IMG/VR virus record: IMGVR_UViG_3300044993_000080
Coordinates: 20,417 to 84,416 of that record
Source of the DNA: a virus
Strand: one strand, 5' to 3'
DNA length: 64,000 bases
The position numbers and the translations under genes are program-made. The notes beneath the pieces were generated by a model. It had not been told where the DNA came from and searched no databases. It saw nothing but the letters and a program-made list of their open reading frames with translations. Below, in pieces: positions 20,044 to 28,235 of the stretch (positions are counted from its first letter, which is position 1; every line of letters starts with the position of its first letter).

Positions 20044-20119
20044 TTCAATCTCCCTTTCGACCCTCACACATTGGCCTAGGCGAGATTTTATGTCAAGCGG
20101 AAAGTTGCAACGGGTTGCA
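20041..20119 (-). promoter_or_regulatory. Promoter cassette with adjacent palindrome
   Basis: TTGACA (20096-20091), TAAAATCTCGCCTAGGC spacer, CAATGT, GTCGAAAGGGAGA leader; TGCAACGGGTTGCA at 20106-20119. Confidence 0.8.
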
Positions 20120-20213
20120 AATCTACTCTATCATCAGCGGGCGGTGTGAGCCCACTCACCGTCTTGCATGGAGCTTGCAGGGCACCGGGGCTCGATGTCA
20201 AGCGCCGGGGCCT

Positions 20214-20960
20214 TCACAAGACGATGGCCCTGCGCTTACGCCCATCATGAACAGGCTGGGCGACTTGCACGGGAGATGCGAGCCCGGTAAAGCCCGCGAT
20301 CCGGCACACGTAGCGGCAATACCCATACCCCTCAGTATTAACGAGGTAGTGGTCCCTGCCGCCGACCTGCACAATCAGTGTGGTGATGTTGTGCTTGTCA
20401 AACTCGGCCTGAACCGCTTCGGAAAAATCATCGCACGGCTCGTAGTTACTGCCTGACGGGAAAATCTCACGTCGATTGAGGATGGGAATGTAATGCCGCA
20501 AGATGGCGATCTGGTCCCACTCGATCTCTTCGTCAACGTCGCCCCAGCAAGACGGCTTGCGGTTAAAACAGGGCAGCGCGCCAATCTCACCAGCGAAGCG
20601 CCCGCTATAACCCAGTATGGCCTTGCGGACATCAAGCGCTGCATCCACGTGGTCTTGGGTAACAACATGCAGCGTCGGCGCTGCAAGGGGTTGCGGAACG
20701 GACGACTGAACCCGATCAGCTACATTGAAGAGCATGGCAAACCACTCAGCGTAGCTGACAACCTGAACCCCGTATAGAGCCGCTGCGCGTATTTTGCTGG
20801 TGCCACTATTAGGGTTGGCCGCCACAAGGTAGGTGACGTCGAAGTCCACCTTGTCCCGGACGTTGTGACCGGCTTGGGTCGTGAGTTGCTCCCACTGTTG
20901 GCGGGTGAGATGCTTGCCGCTTGGTGTGAAGCCCCGGCCCGTGAAAACGACTGTGCTCAT
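20214..20960 (-). CDS. BRCT-domain protein
   Basis: N-terminal VVFTG..R......G..V...V...TYLV.....SK...A...GV.VV..EW signature. Confidence 0.75.
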   Translation of the reverse strand: MSTVVFTGRGFTPSGKHLTRQQWEQLTTQAGHNVRDKVDFDVTYLVAANPNSGTSKIRAAALYGVQVVSYAEWFAMLFNVADRVQSSVPQPLAAPTLHVVTQDHVDAALDVRKAILGYSGRFAGEIGALPCFNRKPSCWGDVDEEIEWDQIAILRHYIPILNRREIFPSGSNYEPCDDFSEAVQAEFDKHNITTLIVQVGGRDHYLVNTEGYGYCRYVCRIAGFTGLASPVQVAQPVHDGRKRRAIVL

Positions 20961-20985
20961 CTATGGTCTCCATCTAGGGTGGCTG

Positions 20986-21543
20986 TCACGCACGTCTCCG
21001 TCTGGCAGGCGGATTGACCACTGGTTCTTGGGCTTTGGCAAGTTCGGCTCGACGCTGCGCGATGATCTCTTCCAGCATCTGAAAATGCGCGGGGTCAGTC
21101 AGACCCATCACCAGTTCCTGAAGCTGACTGCGGTTTTCGAGCGCGGCCATGGCGACTGCGCCCTCCCACGTCCGGGCACAAGCCGGGCACTGCTTGCCCT
21201 CGCTGATGCCCCGACGATTGCCGTGCCATTTGCTATCGCTGCCGTCGCGCAACGGATAAGGCTCCGCGCCAACTGCGAACTCGGGGATGGCGTCCGGGGC
21301 AGGCTTTGGCCTAGGCGGCAGGGAGATCGTCGAGTTGCCGCCCTTGACCTTCACCTGCCCCGGTTCCGTGTTATCGCCGCCTTGGGTGGCTGCGACTTCG
21401 GAAATGATCTGGTTGAAGGCGTTCGTCAGCCCGGCGTGGCTGGTGTCCACGTCCCAAGGACCGAATGATGCGCCCGTCGCCTTTGCGTCGCTCTGTGTGC
21501 GGGCGATGGTCAACGGGGTGGTATCGCAGCGATAGAACCTCAT
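20986..21543 (-). CDS. Hypothetical protein
   Basis: ATGA overlap; CPAC motif; C-terminal VNPPARRRRA. Confidence 0.65.
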   Translation of the reverse strand: MRFYRCDTTPLTIARTQSDAKATGASFGPWDVDTSHAGLTNAFNQIISEVAATQGGDNTEPGQVKVKGGNSTISLPPRPKPAPDAIPEFAVGAEPYPLRDGSDSKWHGNRRGISEGKQCPACARTWEGAVAMAALENRSQLQELVMGLTDPAHFQMLEEIIAQRRAELAKAQEPVVNPPARRRRA

Positions 21544-21767
21544 TGCGCCATCTCCCAGATGACCTGCTCGGCGATCTGCTCGATCCGCGCGGCGTCTGCT
21601 TCGTCCTGCGCGTCCCAGTCAAAGTCCAGTGCGTCCTCGATACCTGCGAGGTATGCGCCCTGCAACACGACCGGGATACCGGCTTCGCGCATGTGGGTGG
21701 TCAGGTCATGGAGCGGCGCGGTGTGCGCGGCGGCCTGACCGGCTTGGTATGCTTCTTCACGGGTCAT
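21540..21767 (-). CDS. Small hypothetical protein
   Basis: Follows a promoter cassette (-35 at 21822-21817). Confidence 0.65.
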   Translation of the reverse strand: MTREEAYQAGQAAAHTAPLHDLTTHMREAGIPVVLQGAYLAGIEDALDFDWDAQDEADAARIEQIAEQVIWEMAQ

Positions 21768-21942
21768 TTGACAATCTCCTACTCGACCATCATATGGTGG
21801 CCTAGGCGAGATTTTATGTCAAGCGGAAAAGTGCAACGCCCGTGCACCATCGCGGCAAATCATCTCGGGGCGCACGGGCCTAACTGGCTTGTGCGGCAGG
21901 AACTCGTGATCCCAATTAACCCATACCCCGTCTACGCGCCCG

Positions 21943-22095
21943 CTAGAAAGGTGCGAGACCGTGCCCTTCCAAATGACACGCTGGTTCTCCCGTGGTGATC
22001 GTGAATAAAGGACCGCCCCGGCTTCCGGTGTAAACGCTGAAAGTGACGCCCATGATCTGCGGCTCGGGCCGGGCGACAGGGCGGACGCGCGGCAT
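21943..22095 (-). CDS. Possible 50-aa peptide (MPRVRPVARPEPQ...)
   Basis: TAATG overlap with the upstream stop; below the ORF-track cutoff; translated manually. Confidence 0.35.
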   Translation of the reverse strand: MPRVRPVARPEPQIMGVTFSVYTGSRGGPLFTITTGEPACHLEGHGLAPF

Positions 22096-22484
22096 TACCC
22101 CTTGGTCAGCCATTCGTCCTTGCCCACGCGGCGAATATGCGTGCTCTTGAGTTGCGGGTATCGTCGCCTAAAGTGAGCCAACGCGCCAGCCATTGTAACA
22201 GCATCGCTGTAGAAGGCCGCCCTGCTGTCTTTCTCTGTAATGAAGTAGATTGCCCATCGGCGGGTGCCGTCATGCTCGTGGCCGTCTATCAGCGTCACTT
22301 TACCACCCGACATCGGCGGCTCCCATTGGTTGATAATGGCAAGATTGCGCATCTGCCCGGCGTCGAACACCTCAACCGTGCCAGTCGGTGATGTCACGCG
22401 CCAGCGGCTCTGCGCGAGCGGTTCGATAATGAAGCCCCGGCTTCGACAATGGGCGACTACGCTGTCCAGTTCATTCGTTGGCAC
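22095..22484 (-). CDS. Hypothetical protein
   Basis: GTG start with RBS; palindrome at 22546-22559 upstream. Confidence 0.6.
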   Translation of the reverse strand: MPTNELDSVVAHCRSRGFIIEPLAQSRWRVTSPTGTVEVFDAGQMRNLAIINQWEPPMSGGKVTLIDGHEHDGTRRWAIYFITEKDSRAAFYSDAVTMAGALAHFRRRYPQLKSTHIRRVGKDEWLTKG

Positions 22485-22635
22485 TTGCGACCCTTCAACC
22501 TTTCGCACCGTCGCTCTCGATGCTCTCGATGCTACCAAACCTGTCTGCAACCCGTTGCAGGACACGTCAAGTGAAACTCTTGATCCAGTCGGATAGGGTT
22601 CCCGGCGACTGACGAGCCCAACACAACAGACCTGC

Positions 22636-22827
22636 TCACGCTACGGTCCTTTCCGTCATCAGCACCATCATGGACGCGCGCTGCGCGATCTGGCCCACCG
22701 GCAGTCCGTTGGCGTGAGCGATAAACAGCGCGCCCGCCGCAATCTCGGTGAGCACATCCTGAAGCTCATCGAGTGTCTGGATATCCCGGACCCGCGACAT
22801 CATCGTCTCTATCAAAGGCCTGTCCAT
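22636..22827 (-). CDS. Small hypothetical protein
   Basis: TGATG overlap. Confidence 0.55.
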   Translation of the reverse strand: MDRPLIETMMSRVRDIQTLDELQDVLTEIAAGALFIAHANGLPVGQIAQRASMMVLMTERTVA

Positions 22828-23204
22828 CAATGGACACCCATCATGACGCGGCGGCACTTGTCGGCCATCAATTCCGGGTGGTCGAGCATGTCGAGCGTGG
22901 TGAAGTTGTTTTGTCCTCCCCTGTAGTCCTTGCGGCCATTGCAGGTGCGATAGAGGATGTCATTGCCCCGGCCCATGCACGACTGCGAGACCTGCACGTA
23001 GATGCGCTCGCCGTGCAGCGTGGTCTCTCCGGACACTGCCGGACCGGCCATGTTGGTGCGGATGTCGTAGCTGCCAGCGGGCAATCCTAGGTGCTGGGCT
23101 ACCTGCTTGAGCCGCGACTTGGCGGTGCGGTGGAATTTGCGTTTGTGGGCGTCTTCGTCAGCGGTGTAGCCCTGCACGGGCTTGTTCCAATCAAATGTCG
23201 GCAT
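22827..23204 (-). CDS. Hypothetical protein
   Basis: DIRTN.AGPAVSGE.TLH motif; follows a promoter cassette (-35 at 23259-23254). Confidence 0.7.
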   Translation of the reverse strand: MPTFDWNKPVQGYTADEDAHKRKFHRTAKSRLKQVAQHLGLPAGSYDIRTNMAGPAVSGETTLHGERIYVQVSQSCMGRGNDILYRTCNGRKDYRGGQNNFTTLDMLDHPELMADKCRRVMMGVH

Positions 23205-23268
23205 AGTCGCCACTCCTTCTCGATAGATCAGGTGTAGCGTAGCCGGGATTTTATGTCAAGCGGAAAGT

Positions 23269-23608
23269 GGGGCGCTTCTGTTTCCCGGTGCGCCCCGAAC
23301 CGATGTCAAGCGCAGTTAAGCGGCGAGACGAAGTGCAGTTTCCTGCGGGTTGTCGTTGGCATTTCTGCTAACTGTCCCGTCACGGTGGGCCAATCCGGGT
23401 CGCGTCTCTGTGTCCAGTCTGGCTGTCGATCCTGTTTCACCCCCGTCAAGAGCACCGCACCTACCCTCGCTTTCGCGTTTTTGCGCCCGAAGTAATCGCC
23501 CATGCACAGACTTTCCCTACCCGACGAGGTAGCAGCGACGCTCATGGTGGAGGTGGCGGGCACTGCCCCCGCGTCCAGCCGTTCCTTCGCAGGCCGTATA
23601 TCGACCAT
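23269..23608 (-). ncRNA. ssrA: Permuted two-piece tmRNA (alphaproteobacterial type), tag ANDNPQETALRLAA
   Basis: Acceptor piece ends CCCGCCACCTCCACCA at 23545; 100-nt intervening segment; coding piece starts GGGGGTGAAACAGGATCGAC at 23444; stem GGGGGTG/CACCTCC has the G3:U wobble; tag ORF 23360-23316; 3' hairpin 23269-23296. Confidence 0.93.
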
Positions 23609-23784
23609 AGACGCACAATAACCTACACCGGATTTGTAGTCAAACCCTGTTTGGCAAGTCCGTGCGCCCCCGCATACGGCGTTCGTTCCGAACCGGGTCT
23701 CGCTGATAGCCCTCGTGTGCAACGGGTTGCAGCGTGCTCGGTGTTCGGGTAAGCGTCCGGGTGTAATTCAATGGGAGCCCGGAC

Positions 23785-24060
23785 ATGGCCAAGATCACCC
23801 TGACTTTCTTCAAGCGCGCCGCCGCCGTGGATGGTGTGCCCTCTTCGGCTGGCGGCGCGCCCACGGGCCATGACAGCCTGACGGCGGCGGGCTCGGCAGA
23901 TGCCGCCCCTGCGGGATCGAAGCTCGTGCGGATCGCCACTGACACTGCCTTTACCAGCAATGTCTACGGGGCGGGCACTGAAACGCTCCACCCGGCCAAC
24001 TCGGCGGAGTTGTTCCCCGTGAAGGCCGGGCAGATCGTCACGTTCACTGCCGTGGCGTAA
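23785..24060 (+). CDS. Small beta-rich protein, possibly virion-associated
   Basis: GGGAG RBS and phage-like codon usage; the only convincing plus-strand gene. Confidence 0.65.
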   Translation: MAKITLTFFKRAAAVDGVPSSAGGAPTGHDSLTAAGSADAAPAGSKLVRIATDTAFTSNVYGAGTETLHPANSAELFPVKAGQIVTFTAVA

Positions 24061-24679
24061 GCTCTGGCGTCGCCTCATCGGCCTCTGCCTGATTGCCTGC
24101 CTGATTGCCGTCCGCAAGTGCCTTGGCCCACAGGGCAATGGCCTGCTGTTTGGAGCACGTGGGTGTCTTTTCCACGCATTGAAGGTATTGCTGCATCCCG
24201 GTGATGCTCACCGTAAGGTAGGCCAGCCGCTCGCCGTCCTTCATACCGGCGCTGTAGCCGCGCGGGTAAATGACGCCCACGCCGATCAGGATACCCGCGA
24301 CAAGCCCCAACGCGGCGGTCAGGATCGTCCCCTTGAGGTTGATTTTTGACGCGGTGAACGGCGTCGCACAGTCCAGAAACGCGAACTTGTCGTTGGTGGG
24401 CAAATCATCGAAGTCAGTGCAGCCAACCATGTTAGCTGCGTCGAGCGCCAGCAATTCGGCGTCCATCGACAGGCCTTCCTTGTCGTGGTCCGGTGCGTCT
24501 GGCACTGGCAACGGCTTGGCCTTCTTCTCGAAAGACGGCTTCTTCGCTGTGCGTGGCTTGGCCGAGGCTTTGGTTTTCGGTGCGTCGGATACGTTGGGCT
24601 TCTTCGCGGGCGGGCGCGTAATGCGCGGCTTGACGGAAGGGGCTTGGGCCTTTCTCACAGGTGTTTTCTTCTCGGTCAT
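24044..24679 (-). CDS. Hypothetical membrane protein with Lys/Pro-rich N-terminus
   Basis: One TM segment (ILTAALGLVAGILIGVGVIY). Confidence 0.65.
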   Translation of the reverse strand: MTEKKTPVRKAQAPSVKPRITRPPAKKPNVSDAPKTKASAKPRTAKKPSFEKKAKPLPVPDAPDHDKEGLSMDAELLALDAANMVGCTDFDDLPTNDKFAFLDCATPFTASKINLKGTILTAALGLVAGILIGVGVIYPRGYSAGMKDGERLAYLTVSITGMQQYLQCVEKTPTCSKQQAIALWAKALADGNQAGNQAEADEATPELTPRQ

Positions 24680-25005
24680 TTCTGTGTGTTCCTTTGCAGC
24701 TTGTTGGCGAGCCTCCTCATCGCGTTTTCTCCCAGTTCAGTTAGCCGGACCTCGCCTTTCCCGGCATCAAACTGAATGAGTTTGTGGCCACCACCTTCCG
24801 CCAGATAGGGGAGTTTGCGGATAATATGTAATTCCATAGTGTCGTAAATACTCTTGGCGAGCGAATACGGCAGGATAGCCCAATCATCTCCGCCCATGGT
24901 CTCCAGCGTGTCCCGACACGCCCTGCTGGCCGTAGGCGGGCATACCGCGATGCCCAGTGCGATCACCCCTCGCTGCACTGCGATGTCGCGTTCGTGTTCG
25001 TTCAT
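24676..25005 (-). CDS. Hypothetical protein (possible wHTH)
   Basis: Coupled ORF; VRLTELG wing-like motif. Confidence 0.55.
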   Translation of the reverse strand: MNEHERDIAVQRGVIALGIAVCPPTASRACRDTLETMGGDDWAILPYSLAKSIYDTMELHIIRKLPYLAEGGGHKLIQFDAGKGEVRLTELGENAMRRLANKLQRNTQK

Positions 25006-25304
25006 AGTCTCTTCTCTTCCTCAAGTAGCTGATCGTGTGCCCGCGCCAGAGCCTGCTGAATGCCCAACGGATACTTGGCCTCGACTGCGTAGGCGAAACC
25101 CTGTTGTAGCATAGCTCGCGCGAAGGCGATGAAGTCCTTGTGCGTGAGGCTGACCACATATGCCGCGATGCCGCCGGAGACAGCGCGGGTCAGTCCCAGT
25201 GCGTCCCCCGCCTCAATACTGTTGCCACTGAATGTCTCGAAGTGGATGATCGCCTCGTGGATCGCATCCTCCAGCGACTTGGTTTCCAGTATCTGCTCTG
25301 TCAT
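25002..25304 (-). CDS. Hypothetical protein
   Basis: ATGA overlaps at both ends. Confidence 0.6.
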   Translation of the reverse strand: MTEQILETKSLEDAIHEAIIHFETFSGNSIEAGDALGLTRAVSGGIAAYVVSLTHKDFIAFARAMLQQGFAYAVEAKYPLGIQQALARAHDQLLEEEKRL

Positions 25305-26032
25305 GTCTGTTTTCCTGCAACGGGTTGCACCGGTCTCGACCGGGCAGGTGGGTTGATCTCTGTGTCGGGGTTTTCATCACACCAATGCGCCACGGTCGAG
25401 TAGAGCCCTGCGCGGATGTATCTGCGAACGGCCTTCTTCTCCTCGACCGTGCGATGGCCTACCTGACGGTTGCACAGGGCGTGCGCCAAAACGAGGTTGT
25501 CGAGATTGTCGGTGCCCCCAAGGTGGCGCGCCAGCAAATGCTCGACCGTGGGCTTCATATCAGGATTGGTCTCGTCTTCAAGACAAGGCTGTCCGCAATA
25601 CCAGCATTCATCGCCGTCCCGCTCACGCAAGAGGTCTCTGGTTCTACGTGCCCACGATGGGCGCTTGGAGCCCGGTTCGCGTAGGCGCTTGCGCTCGGTC
25701 TCCTTCATCAGCTTCATGCGGCTCTGATCCGGGAAGGGTCTCCGGGCGACAAACAGGCTCCAGTGCATGGACGAGCAGCCGCTGAAAGTGACGCGCCCAT
25801 CATTCTTGCGCCATACTATGTGCGTCGCCGGGCGCTTGGCTTTGCCTCGTTGGGTCGCATCCCATGCGAGGTATCGCAACACCTCGAACTCGCTCTTCGT
25901 ATCAACGACCACCCCGCCGCCCGACTCGATCCATAACACGAAGTCCTTCAATCGAGCCCGGAAGGCGAGCGCCCGTGCCTCCTGATATTCGCTGGAGTTG
26001 CCATGCACGCTGGGTAATGCGCGGTTCTTCAT
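25301..26032 (-). CDS. HNH endonuclease
   Basis: RDGDECWYCG...TVEHL.....GG.D..DNLVLAH..CN. Confidence 0.85.
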   Translation of the reverse strand: MKNRALPSVHGNSSEYQEARALAFRARLKDFVLWIESGGGVVVDTKSEFEVLRYLAWDATQRGKAKRPATHIVWRKNDGRVTFSGCSSMHWSLFVARRPFPDQSRMKLMKETERKRLREPGSKRPSWARRTRDLLRERDGDECWYCGQPCLEDETNPDMKPTVEHLLARHLGGTDNLDNLVLAHALCNRQVGHRTVEEKKAVRRYIRAGLYSTVAHWCDENPDTEINPPARSRPVQPVAGKQT

Positions 26033-26112
26033 TCCTTGCTGTCCCTGCCCGGCGTGGGTGCCGTGAGGCGCACGTCGATCTCGGTCTTGGGAGCGCCGGG
26101 CCTCACCCGACC

Positions 26113-26478
26113 TCAGCCACGGTCCGGGCGTTGGGTGAGACACGACCCTGCGAGCGCCTGTATCTCGGCTTCGCTGATGCTGGCGGGGTTGCGCAGCGCA
26201 CGGGCGGCGATCTTGCCGACCTCTTCGGATGTCAGTTCGCCGGACGTGGGCAAGCGGCTCGGTTTCTCTTCTTCGCCCGCCTCGATCTTGGCTCCGTGCC
26301 GGGGCTCGACCGCGCCTGACAACAGGCACTGAATAACGGTCACGTCCTTGTGATCTGCCCGGAACTCGGCAAGCGCCTTTTCCATGTTGTTGGCGGTGTA
26401 ATAGACCCGCTTGTGGGTGGCGGTGTTTCGCTTGTCCGCGATGTGCGCGGGCATGAAGGTTATGACGTATTGTTCCAT
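26113..26478 (-). CDS. Hypothetical protein
   Basis: GGAGGT RBS. Confidence 0.6.
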   Translation of the reverse strand: MEQYVITFMPAHIADKRNTATHKRVYYTANNMEKALAEFRADHKDVTVIQCLLSGAVEPRHGAKIEAGEEEKPSRLPTSGELTSEEVGKIAARALRNPASISEAEIQALAGSCLTQRPDRG

Positions 26479-26505
26479 GATGTGGACCTCCACCTATGAT
26501 GCCCG

Positions 26506-26703
26506 TTATCTACCGCCTGCGTGATCCGGGCAATAGTGCTCCCACTGGCCGTTAATCTCATTCCTGCGGGTTCGCCAACGAGCCCTTTTAAGCTCCTCTC
26601 GGGCTTCCATGAAGTCGTCGGTCTCACACTCCACGATCTCGGCGCAACGCTTGCCGTCGCACTCGAAGTAAATGTCACCGTTGGGCTCGCGGGATACCGT
26701 CAC
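26506..26703 (-). CDS. Small zinc-ribbon protein
   Basis: CD...C and HYCP.H motifs. Confidence 0.6.
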   Translation of the reverse strand: MTVSREPNGDIYFECDGKRCAEIVECETDDFMEAREELKRARWRTRRNEINGQWEHYCPDHAGGR

Positions 26704-26774
26704 TGATCCGCCCCGACGTAAATACCTGCCTCAACTCTCTTGGTGGCTACCCCCCTGTTCGTAATGACGCTCAC

Positions 26775-27035
26775 TCACGTTGCGTTCCTTCTGTTGGCTT
26801 CGTCCATGGCGAGTGCCATGCCGAAGGCGGCCTGCTCGGCAGCGATCTTGGCGTCCACTGCGGCTTGCGACACTGCCCAGCATGTCTTCTCTACCATGCG
26901 TCCGAAGAACGGGCACTTGGTGCGGATAAGCTCTCCCCGGCGCACGGCGGCGTTGAGGGCACGCTTGGCGTCCGCGTCGATCTGCCCGATGTCGATGATC
27001 GGCTGCGTCTTGGCTACGGCCACCCAATCCGTCAT
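26775..27035 (-). CDS. Hypothetical protein
   Basis: ATGA overlap. Confidence 0.55.
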   Translation of the reverse strand: MTDWVAVAKTQPIIDIGQIDADAKRALNAAVRRGELIRTKCPFFGRMVEKTCWAVSQAAVDAKIAAEQAAFGMALAMDEANRRNAT

Positions 27036-27247
27036 ATGCGGTTGCCCCACGAACGGCTGTCAGTATCAGCCCGCCCTGACTGACTGGCGATCAGAGCGCG
27101 CATCTGCTTAATGTGCTTGCGCATGAAGGCCGGGTCATGGCGCAACTGGTTGTGAATACGATCACGCTGCTGGACGTGCCGGTAGGCTTGCATTTCGTCC
27201 ATACCGGTTTCGGCCATGATTTCCTGAATACGTGCTTCACGTGCCAT
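27032..27247 (-). CDS. Small hypothetical protein
   Basis: Follows a promoter cassette (-35 at 27299-27294) and a GTCGAGAGGAG leader. Confidence 0.65.
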   Translation of the reverse strand: MAREARIQEIMAETGMDEMQAYRHVQQRDRIHNQLRHDPAFMRKHIKQMRALIASQSGRADTDSRSWGNRI

Positions 27248-27326
27248 CTCAAACTCCTCTCGACTTGATAACGTTAGAATAGCGCACATTTATTGTCAAG
27301 AGGATAAACCTGCACCCGGTTGCAAG

Positions 27327-27357
27327 AAAAAGGGCCAGTCGTAAGACCGGCCCTTTT
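27327..27357. terminator. Intrinsic terminator, probably bidirectional
   Basis: AAAAAGGGCCAGTC-GTAA-GACCGGCCCTTTT. Confidence 0.8.
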
Positions 27358-27422
27358 GAAGTATGGGAGAGGATGCTTAAAGGCGCGTCCCTTATAGCAC
27401 GCCCACGCCGAAGTGCAAGACC

Positions 27423-28148
27423 TTACGGCGTGGTCGTGGTCACGTTGATCGTGCGGTTGACGGGCGCAGTCACACCATCGGTGATGACCGCGACAAAACT
27501 GAACGTGATGTTCGCACCGAAGGCTGGGGCGGTGAGCGCGAAATTGGGGGCCATGGTGAAAGTGACGCCGCCGATAACGACCTCGCGGTCGAGTTCCCAG
27601 TTCTTGCCGTCCACCGAAAGGACCGATAGGGTCTCCGTGGTGTTCTCGGCGTTGGTGACGCCCGAGAGCAAATTGATGTTGAATGCAGCGTCGTTGGCGA
27701 TGCTGTAGTTGAGCGGCGCAGCAACCGGCTGCGCACCCCGGTTCGTGGCCCAATCGTCAGCAAGATCGGACGGGTCCGGGATCGTGCTTTGGTTGTTGTC
27801 GGCGGCGAACTTCTGGAGCTTCGCAACAATGCGCTGGGCGCTCGGGAAATAGCCATTGTTCGACGCACTGACACTGGCGAGCGCGAAGTCGGCCAGTGCT
27901 TCCGCATCGGCGATGTAGTCGTCCCAGTCGGTGCCATCCGCATCGAGTTTGGCGAGTTGGGCGGTGCGCAGCTTCAGCAGTGCGAACGCTGCCAGCGCCA
28001 GCGCGTCGTCTGCCGGGATGATCGGCGGGTTGCGGTGCACGTCGCCCTTGACGAGTTTCGCCATGGTCGTGAGGTTGTGGTTGATAAGGAAACGGCGGGC
28101 GAGATATTCGACCGGCTGCTTCTGCGAGTTTACGGGGATCGTGACCAT
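27423..28148 (-). CDS. Putative virion protein with C-terminal Ig/cadherin-like domain
   Basis: C-terminal INLLSG...L.V.SV...TFSF..ITDG......I.V pattern; AGGAG RBS; own terminator. Confidence 0.55.
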   Translation of the reverse strand: MVTIPVNSQKQPVEYLARRFLINHNLTTMAKLVKGDVHRNPPIIPADDALALAAFALLKLRTAQLAKLDADGTDWDDYIADAEALADFALASVSASNNGYFPSAQRIVAKLQKFAADNNQSTIPDPSDLADDWATNRGAQPVAAPLNYSIANDAAFNINLLSGVTNAENTTETLSVLSVDGKNWELDREVVIGGVTFTMAPNFALTAPAFGANITFSFVAVITDGVTAPVNRTINVTTTTP

Positions 28149-28235
28149 GGCATGGCTCCTGTATGATGGAGACTACCCGCTACACCGTTGCAACGGGTTG
28201 CACGTGGTGTAGCAGGTCAGTGGCCGGATAGCAAG

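Noticed and set aside
23444-23580. Prophage attachment site in ssrA
   Set aside because: No duplicated 3' fragment, no integrase, and phage genes lie on both sides.
23306-23722. 138-aa and 63-aa ORFs, or a tRNA-Ala
   Set aside because: Fully explained by the permuted tmRNA; there is no anticodon arm.
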